From: an uncultured Planctomycetia bacterium
GTDB taxonomy: Bacteria > Omnitrophota > Gorgyraeia > Duberdicusellales > Duberdicusellaceae
Direction of reading: 5' to 3'
NCBI GenBank assembly: GCA_964634935.1
Contig: CAZWJT010000009.1
Coordinates: 31,852-95,851 of the forward strand
Length of the DNA stretch: 64,000 bases
A program made the translations under genes and the position numbers. The notes below the pieces were generated by a model that saw only the letters and a list, made by a program, of their open reading frames with translations, was not told the DNA's origin and did no database searches. Within the stretch, counting starts at the first letter, position 1; the number at the start of each line of letters is the position of its first letter. This document shows, in pieces, positions 40,438-49,286 of the stretch.

Positions 40438-41534
40438 CAGCTCAACCTCATCGGGAGCGCCAAATACGTGCACTCGGCTCCGCGCAAAACTACCGGCTTA
40501 TCTGGTTCATAAACATCAAACGTTACTTTCCCCGCCTGTGAATTCCGCAAAATATCGATAAGGTACTCCGGGTTAAAACCGATCACCATTGCTTTCCCGG
40601 AATATTCCGCATCGATGACTTCCTTATATTCTCCGATCTGCGGAGTTACCTGGGAAATGGTAATTTGGTTTTTCGCAAGTTCTATTTTTATCCCCATATG
40701 CTCAGAGGTACTTAAAATACTCGCCCGGCGCAACGCAGAAAGAAACATGTCCCTGTCCGCCGTGAAAGGATTTTCCGATTGTTGCTGTGGAATATATTTC
40801 TCATATGCTGGAAATTCTCCTTCGATAATGCGAGAATTGATCTGAAGATTACCAATCTCGAAATCCACTTGTTTTTTCCCAATCCCCAAATAGATTTCCG
40901 GTGCTTCCCGAAGCGCTTTCCCCACCTCATTCATTGTTTTTAAAGGCACGATGAAAGAAATTTTTGTAGTGAGTGGCGCTTGTTCCCGCGGGAATTTTTT
41001 TTGGGTAAGCGAAAGACGTTTTCCGTCGGTTGCCACAAGCTTCAATTTATCTTTCTCGAGTTCAAAAAGAATCCCCGAAAGCACATAATTACTCTCTCCG
41101 GTAAATGCACAAAAATTCGTGAGCCGGATCATCTCCTGCAGTTCCTCGGAATTTACGCGAATAATTTGTTTCTCTTTGCTGGTTGAAACTTTCGGGAAAT
41201 TCTGCTTATGAAACCCATTCAAAATATATTCACACTTTCCACATTTTATCCACATCTTATCCTCGGTTGCCTTAATATCCACCTTTCCTTCCGGCAACCC
41301 TTTGGTAAGTGAAAGAAGACTCTTAAACGGCACGCAAATACTGCCTTTTTCTTCTACTTCGCTTTCCTGGGTATAGAAAATAGTAAGTTCCAAATCTGTT
41401 GCGGTAACCCGCACTTTTTTTTCTAAGCTTTCGATTAAAACAGAAGAAAGCGCTGGGGTATTTTTATTAGAAACTCCTCCGCTCACCTTTTGCAAAATCC
41501 CTTCAAGTGAATTCTTTTCTATTAATATCTTCAT
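40437..41534 (-). CDS. dnaN: DNA polymerase III beta sliding clamp
   Basis: Three-domain clamp pattern starting MKILIEKNSLEGIL; synteny dnaA-dnaN. Confidence 0.9.
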   Translation of the reverse strand: MKILIEKNSLEGILQKVSGGVSNKNTPALSSVLIESLEKKVRVTATDLELTIFYTQESEVEEKGSICVPFKSLLSLTKGLPEGKVDIKATEDKMWIKCGKCEYILNGFHKQNFPKVSTSKEKQIIRVNSEELQEMIRLTNFCAFTGESNYVLSGILFELEKDKLKLVATDGKRLSLTQKKFPREQAPLTTKISFIVPLKTMNEVGKALREAPEIYLGIGKKQVDFEIGNLQINSRIIEGEFPAYEKYIPQQQSENPFTADRDMFLSALRRASILSTSEHMGIKIELAKNQITISQVTPQIGEYKEVIDAEYSGKAMVIGFNPEYLIDILRNSQAGKVTFDVYEPDKPVVLRGAECTYLALPMRLS

Positions 41535-41650
41535 AAATATAAATCCTCCGTAATCTTCATTATAGTATAGCTTGTGAATTCTGTGTATAATAAAATTTGC
41601 CTTTTAAAACATCAGGATATTCTCTGTGGAATCCTGTGGAAAACCGGTGG
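41535..41650. promoter_or_regulatory. candidate oriC element: AT-rich dnaA-dnaN spacer with clustered DnaA-box-like 9-mers
   Basis: TGTGGAAT (41625..41632), TGTGGAAA (41635..41642), GGTGGTTAA (about 41647) and TGTGGATGG (about 41677) approximate TGTGGATAA. The flanking stretch 41535..41620 is AT-rich. Gene strand polarity flips at dnaA/rpmH. Confidence 0.4.
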
Positions 41651-42976
41651 TTAATTGTTAATCTCATAGAGTATTCTGTGGATGGTTCCCTTGAGTTTTT
41701 CGTTTCCTTTTACTTCTTCTTTGATTTTTTTGTGAGCGTAGAGAATTGTTGTGTGATGTTTTGCGCCAAGGATTCCGCCGATTTCCGGAAGAGAAAATTC
41801 GGTCAATTCACGCAAGAGGTACATCGCAACTTGGCGAGGGAGCACTAAATTTTTACTCCGCTTTTTTGACCGTATTTCTTCCTTTGAAACCCCGAAGGTA
41901 TCGCCAACTTTTTCAAGAATAACCCCGGGATCCAATTTCCGTTTTTGTTCTTTCACCATATCCTTCAAAATTCCTTTGGTCATTTCAAGAGATATTGGTT
42001 TGTTTTCAATAAGACTGTAAGCCATGACCCGGATGAGCGCTCCCTCAAGTTCGCGGATATTGGTTGTGACAGTTTCCGCAATAAAATAAATCACCGCATC
42101 ATCAACCTTTACAACTTCGTTTTCGAGTTTCTTTTTGAGAATCGCAACCCTTGTTTCTAGCGTAGGAGGTTCAATGTCGACAATAAGGCCCCAATGAAAC
42201 CGGGAAACCAACCTCTCCTCCAGGTTGATTATTTCCTTCGGGGGCCGGTCAGACGACAAGATGATTTGCTTGTGATGATCATAGAGGACATTAAAGGTGT
42301 TGAAAAATTCTTCCTGGGTCGATTCTTTCCCCGCGATAAAATGAATATCGTCAATGAGGAGAATATCAATTGTCCGATATTTCTCCCGGAATTTTTCCGT
42401 AGATCGATATTGGATTGCGGTGATAAGTTCGTTGGTAAATTTTTCGGAAGAAATATATTTCACCCGGGCTTTATTTTTGACCAAAGCCTCTTGGGCAATG
42501 GATTGCATAAGGTGGGTTTTCCCCAAGCCAACTTTTCCATAGATAAAGAGCGGGTTATAAACGCGGCCCGGAGATTCAGTGACCGCGACCGCAGCGGCAT
42601 GGGCAATGCGGTTCGAGGGTCCGACAACGAAATTATTAAAGTTGAACCGAGGGTTGAGCTTTAAGGAATCTGCCGGAATATCTTGGAAGTTCTCTCCAAT
42701 TTTTTTTAATGAACGGTGGGTTTTTTGCTGGAGCAATGTTTGGTTTACTTCGAACGTTAAAGAAAGCTTTTCACGGCCGAGCTGTTTCAGAATTTCAGTA
42801 AGCGCCGAGACGTAGTGTTCTTCTATCCAGTCTTTAAAAAATTTATCAGGGACTTCGGCAATAACAGTTTCGTTCGTATTGGTTTTTGTTTTGATCGGAG
42901 CAAACCATGTCTCAAATGCAGTGTCTCCGATCTTGTTTTTTAATGCTTCACAAATTTGTTCCCACGGGGTACTCAT
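41651..42976 (-). CDS. dnaA: chromosomal replication initiator protein
   Basis: AAA+ Walker A GKVGLGKTHLMQSIAQE, sensor motifs, C-terminal DnaA-box-binding HTH. Confidence 0.95.
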   Translation of the reverse strand: MSTPWEQICEALKNKIGDTAFETWFAPIKTKTNTNETVIAEVPDKFFKDWIEEHYVSALTEILKQLGREKLSLTFEVNQTLLQQKTHRSLKKIGENFQDIPADSLKLNPRFNFNNFVVGPSNRIAHAAAVAVTESPGRVYNPLFIYGKVGLGKTHLMQSIAQEALVKNKARVKYISSEKFTNELITAIQYRSTEKFREKYRTIDILLIDDIHFIAGKESTQEEFFNTFNVLYDHHKQIILSSDRPPKEIINLEERLVSRFHWGLIVDIEPPTLETRVAILKKKLENEVVKVDDAVIYFIAETVTTNIRELEGALIRVMAYSLIENKPISLEMTKGILKDMVKEQKRKLDPGVILEKVGDTFGVSKEEIRSKKRSKNLVLPRQVAMYLLRELTEFSLPEIGGILGAKHHTTILYAHKKIKEEVKGNEKLKGTIHRILYEINN

Positions 42977-43089
42977 TATTTTGTTGGCTTGGCGAATAGA
43001 ACTGCATTATAGCGCAGGCGAAATTAATTTCAAGAAAAAACGGAGAGAAGGAAATTTTTTTCTTTCACCGGCACCCTGACTGATAAAAC

Positions 43090-43117
43090 TTGACAGAGGC
43101 ATGTTCTGTGTTACAAT
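43090..43117 (+). promoter_or_regulatory. sigma70-type promoter of the rpmH operon
   Basis: TTGACA (43090..43095), 16-nt spacer, TACAAT (43112..43117); ATG 8 nt further downstream. Confidence 0.5.
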
Positions 43118-43125
43118 TCTCGTCT

Positions 43126-43263
43126 ATGAAAAAGAACATACGCATACCCACAAAGTTGAAAGGAAAACACAAGCACGGATTCCGGCGCCGGATGAAAACA
43201 AAATCCGGTCGAGATGTTTTGAGCCGGCGACGGCAAAGGGGGCGTAAAAGGCTTTCTGTCTGA
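43126..43263 (+). CDS. rpmH: 50S ribosomal protein L34
   Basis: Translation [45 protein letters not shown] (45 aa); below the 60-aa cutoff of the ORF track. Confidence 0.9.
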   Translation: MKKNIRIPTKLKGKHKHGFRRRMKTKSGRDVLSRRRQRGRKRLSV

Positions 43264-43478
43264 TGGTACGAGTGGTCAAAAGCCTGCTGCGGCTCTATAA
43301 AAAGTTTCTTTCTCCATTCCTGCCGCGAACGTGTCGTTTCACACCTTCTTGTTCCGAATATGCTCTGTGCGCGTATGAACATTATGGATTTTTCAAGGGA
43401 ACGTTTCTCTCTCTGAGAAGAATCTTGCGCTGTAATCCCTGGTTCGCAGGAGGATATGACCCGCTTATTAAGAAATAA
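43263..43478 (+). CDS. yidD: membrane protein insertion efficiency factor
   Basis: CRFTPSCSEYA ... RCNPW.GGYDP motifs; ATGA overlap with rpmH. Confidence 0.85.
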   Translation: MVRVVKSLLRLYKKFLSPFLPRTCRFTPSCSEYALCAYEHYGFFKGTFLSLRRILRCNPWFAGGYDPLIKK

Positions 43479-44951
43479 ATGAGTACCGAAAAAAGAATCG
43501 CGCTTGCATTTTTCTTGTCCCTTTTGATACTTTTTGCTTTCCAGTCTTTTATCGTCCCGAAACAGAAAAAAGTATCTAAACAATTGCACAGCAATGAGTT
43601 GCAAGAAGATAATCCTACAATAAATCTGGTTCCCCCTGTCCCTTCTTCCTCAGAACAAAACAGAACAGCAGCTACTCTGGAAACCGGGGAGGAAGAATTT
43701 TTTGATCAAAAACTAGGGAAAGTTTCTTTGACTCTTGCCAACCCCGGTGGGTACATCAAAAAAATTACCTATCCGGACTATAAGGAAGAGAGCATTCTTT
43801 CAAGTCTCCTTTTTTTCCGTGGGCATGAACAAGAAAAGCATTTATTCCAGGAAACGAACCAGGGGTTGAAGATCGAATCCAAAAAAAGCCGTACAACAAT
43901 AACCCCGGTAGACGACTATTATTATGAAGTAAAAACAAACTTTTCTGGGCAGATAGAATTGTGTTCGACAGAAAAGGCGAAAGACCAGAACGAACAGCGG
44001 TATCAGGAATTCTTTTTTGGCGGCGACGCGCAAAAGATACAACACAAGCCCTTCGATTATTTTAAAAAGAACAACCTGAAAGTGCGAACAAAGATTTGCG
44101 GATTTCGTAGCCGCTATTATATTACTTCCTTTTCTTCCCAAAACGAGATGGATATCGAGTTTGTCTATTTGGACAATAAGGTTCGTATCTTGTTGGATAA
44201 CAAAGACTTAGAACTATTACTTAATATGTACAGTGGGCCAGAAAAGATTGATTTACTACGTAAGTATAATCTGGTTGACATTATGCACTATGGGACATTC
44301 CATTGGATTGCTATTGGATTGATAGAGTTTCTCTATTTTCTTTTCACGATCGTCCATAACTGGGGTTTTTGCATTATTATATTTAGCATTGCCATATTTT
44401 TTATATTTTTCCCTTTGACTGCTATCAGCACAAAGTCCTTGAAGAGAATGCAGGCTTTACAGCCAAAAATTGAGGATCTAAAGGTTCGCTACAAAAATGA
44501 ACCCCAGAAGCTTAATAAAGAAATAATGGAACTATATCGGGCGCAAAAAGTGAATCCACTCAGCGGTTGTTTGCCGATGCTTTTACAGATACCAATATTT
44601 TTTGCGCTATATCAGGTGCTTATGCGTTTTGTTGAAATAAAAGGAACTTCTTTTCTCTGGATAAAAGATCTGTCTTTACCAGACGCTTTATTTACTTTCC
44701 CTGTGTCTCTGCCATTCATTGGGAACAACTTCAATATTCTTCCTATTCTTATGGCTGTTCTTATGTTTTTCCAGCAAAAATTCAATTCCCCGGCAGGTGG
44801 TTCTTCAGAGCAACAAAAAATGATGACCGTTGTCTTCCCTTTTCTTTTTGGGATATTATTTTATAATTTCCCATCAGGATTGGTTATCTATTGGTTCATT
44901 AATAGCCTGCTTACCACTTTTTATCAGTTCAAATTTTCCGGGAATACTTAA
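43479..44951 (+). CDS. yidC: membrane protein insertase YidC
   Basis: Conserved 60KD_IMP core (NWGFCIIIFSIAIF ... PLSGCLPMLLQIPIFFALYQVL). Confidence 0.9.
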   Translation: MSTEKRIALAFFLSLLILFAFQSFIVPKQKKVSKQLHSNELQEDNPTINLVPPVPSSSEQNRTAATLETGEEEFFDQKLGKVSLTLANPGGYIKKITYPDYKEESILSSLLFFRGHEQEKHLFQETNQGLKIESKKSRTTITPVDDYYYEVKTNFSGQIELCSTEKAKDQNEQRYQEFFFGGDAQKIQHKPFDYFKKNNLKVRTKICGFRSRYYITSFSSQNEMDIEFVYLDNKVRILLDNKDLELLLNMYSGPEKIDLLRKYNLVDIMHYGTFHWIAIGLIEFLYFLFTIVHNWGFCIIIFSIAIFFIFFPLTAISTKSLKRMQALQPKIEDLKVRYKNEPQKLNKEIMELYRAQKVNPLSGCLPMLLQIPIFFALYQVLMRFVEIKGTSFLWIKDLSLPDALFTFPVSLPFIGNNFNILPILMAVLMFFQQKFNSPAGGSSEQQKMMTVVFPFLFGILFYNFPSGLVIYWFINSLLTTFYQFKFSGNT

Positions 44952-44954
44952 ATA

Positions 44955-44983
44955 TTGACACTGCTGCTCGTTTATTTTATAAT
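44955..44983 (+). promoter_or_regulatory. sigma70-type promoter upstream of parA
   Basis: TTGACA (44955..44960), 17-nt spacer, TATAAT (44978..44983). Confidence 0.5.
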
Positions 44984-44999
44984 CTTTTTATCAAGATAA

Positions 45000-45015
45000 T
45001 GTTTCATATGAAACA
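45000..45015. promoter_or_regulatory. parS-like 16-bp perfect palindrome TGTTTCATATGAAACA
   Basis: Matches the parS consensus tGTTtCAcGTGaAACa except for a TA (not CG) centre; lies 4 nt upstream of the parA ATG. Confidence 0.5.
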
Positions 45016-45018
45016 TAT

Positions 45019-45909
45019 ATGAGCAAAGTAATCGGATTTTGCAATCAAAAAGGCGGGACAGGCAAGACAACAAGCATTCTTAATATAGCCACATTTGTTG
45101 CATTGGCTGATAAAAAAGTTCTAATTATTGATATGGATCCACAGGCAAATGCAACAAGCGGCCTTGGTATAAACCACGAAAAAATAAGCGCCAACAGCTA
45201 CGATATTCTCCTCAACAATATCGTTCCCCACAAAGCAATACTTAATACGAATATAAAGCATTTATATATTATTCCCGCAACTCCTGGCTTAGCAGGGGCA
45301 GAGATTGAGCTTGTTGATACCAATAAGCGGGAGTATAAATTATTGGAGAATATTGATCAAATCCGGGGTAATTTTGACTATATATTTATTGATTCACCGC
45401 CGTCATTAGGGCTGCTTACTCTGAATATATTTACGGCAAGCGATAGCATTATCATACCAATTCAGTGTGAATATTATGCGCTTGAGGGGTTGTCAAGACT
45501 CCTCGAAACTATACGGTTAATTAAAGAAAGCCTGAATCCAGGGCTTGAGATAGAGGGTATAATTTTAACAATGGCAGATTTCAGAACCAGGCTTACTTTG
45601 CAAGTTATCGAAGAAGTGAGAAAATTTTTCCCAGAAAAAGTATATAAAACAATTATTCCTAGAAATGTCAAACTTTCTGAGGCGCCAAGTTTTGGAAAGC
45701 CTGTGTATATGTATGATAACTCATGTTTAGGGGCAAAGGCCTACTTCAACCTTACTCAAGAGATATTAGGAGAAGAAATAAAAGGAGTTTATGATGGAAA
45801 AGAAAGTGTTGGGCAGGGGACTCGAGGCACTGATTCCGAGGCGGGTGAACAAAGAGGAATCTCCGGAGCAAATCAATCCAGGGCACACAACAGGATACAT
45901 CTATATTGA
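45019..45909 (+). CDS. parA: chromosome partitioning ATPase ParA/Soj
   Basis: Deviant Walker A KGGTGKTT. The ORF continues about 40 low-complexity codons past the usual ParA end, overlapping parB by 119 nt. Confidence 0.85.
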   Translation: MSKVIGFCNQKGGTGKTTSILNIATFVALADKKVLIIDMDPQANATSGLGINHEKISANSYDILLNNIVPHKAILNTNIKHLYIIPATPGLAGAEIELVDTNKREYKLLENIDQIRGNFDYIFIDSPPSLGLLTLNIFTASDSIIIPIQCEYYALEGLSRLLETIRLIKESLNPGLEIEGIILTMADFRTRLTLQVIEEVRKFFPEKVYKTIIPRNVKLSEAPSFGKPVYMYDNSCLGAKAYFNLTQEILGEEIKGVYDGKESVGQGTRGTDSEAGEQRGISGANQSRAHNRIHLY

Positions 45910-46651
45910 TATAGCTCAATTGGTAATTAGTCAGTTTCAGGCGCGGCAACATATACCAGAAAAAGAGCTTGAAGAACTGAAAAATTCGATAAAAGCCCAA
46001 GGAGTATTTCAGCCGCTGATTGTCCGGAAAAAAGGGATTGGATACGAGATTATTGCGGGGAGCAGAAGATATATAGCTTGTAAGTCATTGGGAATCAATA
46101 AGTTACCAGTAATTATTAAAGATTTGGATGATAAGCAAGCCCTCATCTTTTCGATTATGGAAAACCTCCAAAGGCAAGATCTTAATTCTATCGAAGAAGC
46201 CAAGAGTTTTAAGCGGTTGATTGATGAGTTTGGTTTTTCTCACGAAGCCATTGCGGAGCAACTAGGAAAAGACAGGTCAACAATTACCAACGCATTGCGG
46301 CTTTTAAATCTTCCCCAAGTGATCCAGCGGGCGGTTATCGATGAAAAAATCACAAAGTCAGAAGCTCGTACGCTTTTGGGCATAAAGGACGAAGCGGAGA
46401 TGCTCAATCTATTTGAAAACATCCTAACGAATAAAATACCAGTTAATATTCTTGAGAGAACGATCCGCGGGAAAAAACGGGCGCGCGTTCCTGATTTATA
46501 TGTGGCAAACATAGAAAAGGCACTGAGAGAAAAGCTTGGGCGCAAGGTAACAGTTGTTTTTCGGGGAAAAAGAGGGAGAATAGTTCTTGAGTATTATTCT
46601 CCAGAAGATCTGGAAAATTTATTAAAAACTTTAGGTGTGCAGGAGGCGTGA
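45791..46651 (+). CDS. parB: chromosome partitioning protein ParB/Spo0J
   Basis: N-terminal GRGLEALIP and ParB-box HTH region. Confidence 0.85.
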   Translation: MMEKKVLGRGLEALIPRRVNKEESPEQINPGHTTGYIYIDIAQLVISQFQARQHIPEKELEELKNSIKAQGVFQPLIVRKKGIGYEIIAGSRRYIACKSLGINKLPVIIKDLDDKQALIFSIMENLQRQDLNSIEEAKSFKRLIDEFGFSHEAIAEQLGKDRSTITNALRLLNLPQVIQRAVIDEKITKSEARTLLGIKDEAEMLNLFENILTNKIPVNILERTIRGKKRARVPDLYVANIEKALREKLGRKVTVVFRGKRGRIVLEYYSPEDLENLLKTLGVQEA

Positions 46652-46652
46652 T

Positions 46653-47159
46653 ATGGCGAAAGAAGCAACTTTGGTAATCATTAAGCCGGATGGGCTGAAA
46701 AAGTCTTTAACGGGAGACGTCCTTTCCCGGATTTCTCAAACAGAGCTCAAAATAATAGCGGCCAAAGTAGTCAAGGTTTCGGAAGAGCTTGCAAGAAAGC
46801 ACTATAGCCACTTGGTGGATAAGCCATTTTTCCCAGAGTTACTTAAATATATTACCGGTAAATTGCACGGCGAGAATCGCGTGATGGCTCTTGTTTATTA
46901 CGGGGAAGATGCGATAGCAAAGATTCGGGATATAGCCGGGGCGACAAACCCCGAAGAGGCAGATTCTATTTCCATCCGAGGCGCATACGGGCGGATTTTA
47001 ACTACTGGTTTGTATGAGAATGTTATTCATGCATCTTCTTCGGTGGGCGAAGCGGAGCGAGAGATTAAACTGTGGTTTTCCCCGGAAGAAATTACCTATG
47101 AACTTTATCCAAGTAAAAAAACTGCGCAGCGTACATTGGAAACACGGGAGTGGTGTTGA
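46653..47159 (+). CDS. ndk: nucleoside diphosphate kinase
   Basis: TLVIIKPDG ... RGAYGRIL, active-site His region (NVIHASSS); AGGAGG RBS 7 nt upstream of the chosen ATG. Confidence 0.85.
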   Translation: MAKEATLVIIKPDGLKKSLTGDVLSRISQTELKIIAAKVVKVSEELARKHYSHLVDKPFFPELLKYITGKLHGENRVMALVYYGEDAIAKIRDIAGATNPEEADSISIRGAYGRILTTGLYENVIHASSSVGEAEREIKLWFSPEEITYELYPSKKTAQRTLETREWC

Positions 47160-47160
47160 T

Positions 47161-47952
47161 ATGTCTTCCCCCCGAGCGATGACCGGTTTTGTTTCTAAAC
47201 GTCTTTTAATTTCCGGCAGCGAGATTTTAGTTACGATCCGTGCGGTAAACGCGAAATATCTGGACGTCGTGACAAATTTCTACCCAGCAGGGTATGTTCT
47301 TTTAGAGGCGAAGCTGCGGGAATATCTGTCTCAAGTTTTTGAGCGGGGGAGGATAGAGGTTTCAATCAGCGTGAAGGAAGCGCCAACGCTGGCTGCCAAA
47401 CTCTATCCAAAGAATATGAAAGGTATCTATCTGGCGCTCAATAAGTTAAAAAAAGAATGCGCCATTAAAGAACCGGTGAAAATTACTGATGTTTTGTTCG
47501 CCGCGGAAAAGCAAAGATCGTCTTTCCCGGGTCTAAACCTGAGATCTGATGTTATTCTCAAGCTCTTTCGAGAAGCGATAAAGGCGCTCGTTAGTTTTAA
47601 AGAAAAACAAGGTGCCTGCATTGTTCGGGAAGTGGGGAGAGAGCTGCGTACCATCAAATCTCAAATGGGACGTCTGCGGAATGCGCTCGCACGGCAGGTC
47701 GAGGAGACGTTATCCAAGGAAATCAACGAAGAGCTTACGCTACTTTCTTTTTATCTTACGGAAGTGCATCGAGTGTTAGCGGATACGCGCCGCTATTCAT
47801 TCGGGAAGATTCTCGATTTTTTGTCACAAGAAATGCAGAGAGAAATCAATACCTTGCTTGCCAAGGTTAAGATTAAAGAGGCTTCAATCGCAGCGCTCTA
47901 CATGAAAGAGGAAATTGAGAAAATCAGGGAACACGCCCAGAATATAGAGTAA
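47161..47952 (+). CDS. yicC: YicC-family stress-induced protein
   Basis: N-terminal MTGF motif, size and position upstream of remA-gmk-rpoZ as in Bacillus yloC. Confidence 0.7.
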   Translation: MSSPRAMTGFVSKRLLISGSEILVTIRAVNAKYLDVVTNFYPAGYVLLEAKLREYLSQVFERGRIEVSISVKEAPTLAAKLYPKNMKGIYLALNKLKKECAIKEPVKITDVLFAAEKQRSSFPGLNLRSDVILKLFREAIKALVSFKEKQGACIVREVGRELRTIKSQMGRLRNALARQVEETLSKEINEELTLLSFYLTEVHRVLADTRRYSFGKILDFLSQEMQREINTLLAKVKIKEASIAALYMKEEIEKIREHAQNIE

Positions 47953-47956
47953 ACCC

Positions 47957-48199
47957 ATGGACGTACTTCATTTGGGGTTTAATAACGCGGTTGTAAAGGC
48001 GCGGGTTGTTGCGGTTGTGGCTTCTGGAGCAAACCCGGTCCGACGGCTTGTTGAACAAGGGCGTAAAGAAAATAAAGTGATCGACGCGACTTCGGGGAGA
48101 AAAACCCGAAGCATTATTGTTACCGATAGCGGATTTTTTATCTTGTCTGCTCTCCACCCGGAAACTATGCTTGAGCGGATCAGCGATGAGGAAAAATAA
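47957..48199 (+). CDS. remA: DUF370 / RemA-like regulator
   Basis: LHLGFNNAVVKARVVAVV ... IDATSGRKTRSIIVTDSGFFILSALHPETMLERI aligns with Bacillus RemA/YlzA; conserved yicC-remA-gmk-rpoZ order. Confidence 0.8.
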   Translation: MDVLHLGFNNAVVKARVVAVVASGANPVRRLVEQGRKENKVIDATSGRKTRSIIVTDSGFFILSALHPETMLERISDEEK

Positions 48200-48788
48200 T
48201 TTTTTCTTTAAAATTTTTGTTATTTCCGGTCCATCCGGGTCGGGCAAGACGACTCTTTTGGAAAAAACATTTCAAGACCGCTGTATCCGGGAACATTTTC
48301 TGAAAGCCATCACTGCGACGACACGCCTTCCCAGGGGTAGAGAGAAAGATAAGCAGGACTACTATTTTTTTAGCAGAGAGGCTTTTTTGCGGAAAGTCAA
48401 ACAAGGGTATTTCTTAGAAACAAAAAAAGTATTTGACAATTTTTACGGAAGCCCGAGAAAGTTTCTTTCAGTAGCGCGCCGCCAAAAGAAACATCTTGTG
48501 TTATGTTTAGATGTCCAGGGGGCACTTGATGTGCGCCGCCGCTATCCGGAAGAATCGGTGCTTATTTTTATCTTTGCTCCTTCAAGAGGCGCTTTGGAAA
48601 AGAGGCTGGTTGGGAGAACCTCCGAAGACATAACGGCTTTAAAAAAGAGGTTGCGTTTGGCTGAAAAAGAAGTAGAATATGCTACAAAATATGACTTTTG
48701 GGTTATCAACGATCTTTTGCCAAAAGCTACGGAGGAACTAAAGGGTATTTTGCAAGCCGAAGGATTAAGGAGGATTCATGGAGCCTGA
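48186..48788 (+). CDS. gmk: guanylate kinase
   Basis: P-loop GPSGSGKTT and NMP-binding region; start at the internal ATG. Confidence 0.9.
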   Translation: MRKNNFFFKIFVISGPSGSGKTTLLEKTFQDRCIREHFLKAITATTRLPRGREKDKQDYYFFSREAFLRKVKQGYFLETKKVFDNFYGSPRKFLSVARRQKKHLVLCLDVQGALDVRRRYPEESVLIFIFAPSRGALEKRLVGRTSEDITALKKRLRLAEKEVEYATKYDFWVINDLLPKATEELKGILQAEGLRRIHGA

Positions 48789-48981
48789 GCACATATCATT
48801 GGAATACGTAATTCCTCAAGCAGGACATTCCCTGTTTAAGCTTGTTTTGGCAGTAGCGAGTCGGGCACAAGAAATTGCCGCCGGAGGTCAGATGCTGACC
48901 GAAGGTTGCAACCGCGATAAACCAGTAAGCGCGGCACTTGCCGAGTTAAAAGCCAAAGCTATTCGGATAGAAAAGAAATAA
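48778..48981 (+). CDS. rpoZ: DNA-directed RNA polymerase omega subunit
   Basis: 67 aa, FKLVLAVASRAQEI matches the RpoZ core. Confidence 0.8.
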   Translation: MEPEHISLEYVIPQAGHSLFKLVLAVASRAQEIAAGGQMLTEGCNRDKPVSAALAELKAKAIRIEKK

Positions 48982-49079
48982 ATGCCCATTGTTCGTGCAT
49001 GCGAATAGTGAACAAAGGTATCATTTCGTACCCGCCCCGTAAGAAAAAAATTCTTGCAAGGGGTAGAAAGATTTTTTGT

Positions 49080-49164
49080 GCCGGGGTGGCGGAATGGCAG
49101 ACGCCTGGGACTTAAAATCCCATGTTCGCGTGCGGACGTGAGGGTTCGAGTCCCTCCCCCGGCA
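49080..49164 (+). tRNA. tRNA-Leu (anticodon UAA), long variable arm
   Basis: Acceptor GCCGGGG/CCCCGGC, anticodon stem TGGGA/TCCCA, loop CTTAAAA, T-loop TTCGAGT, discriminator A. Confidence 0.85.
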
Positions 49165-49195
49165 ATCTTCGCCAGGGATTTTCGGCGAAAGACGC

Positions 49196-49269
49196 GGGCG
49201 ATTAGCTCAGTTGGATAGAGTGCTACCTTGACATGGTAGAGGTCACAGGTTCGATCCCTGTATCGCCCA
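49196..49269 (+). tRNA. tRNA-Val (anticodon GAC)
   Basis: Acceptor GGGCGAT/ATCGCCC, anticodon stem CTACC/GGTAG, loop TTGACAT, T-loop TTCGATC. Confidence 0.85.
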
Positions 49270-49286
49270 TTGAATAGAGAAAAAAT

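Noticed and set aside
48982-49079. Hairpin-like palindromes (CTTGCAAG; TTGTTCG...GAACAA) after rpoZ as a terminator or tRNA promoter
   Set aside because: Stems are short or AT-rich with long loops and no clean U-tract; not convincing as an intrinsic terminator.
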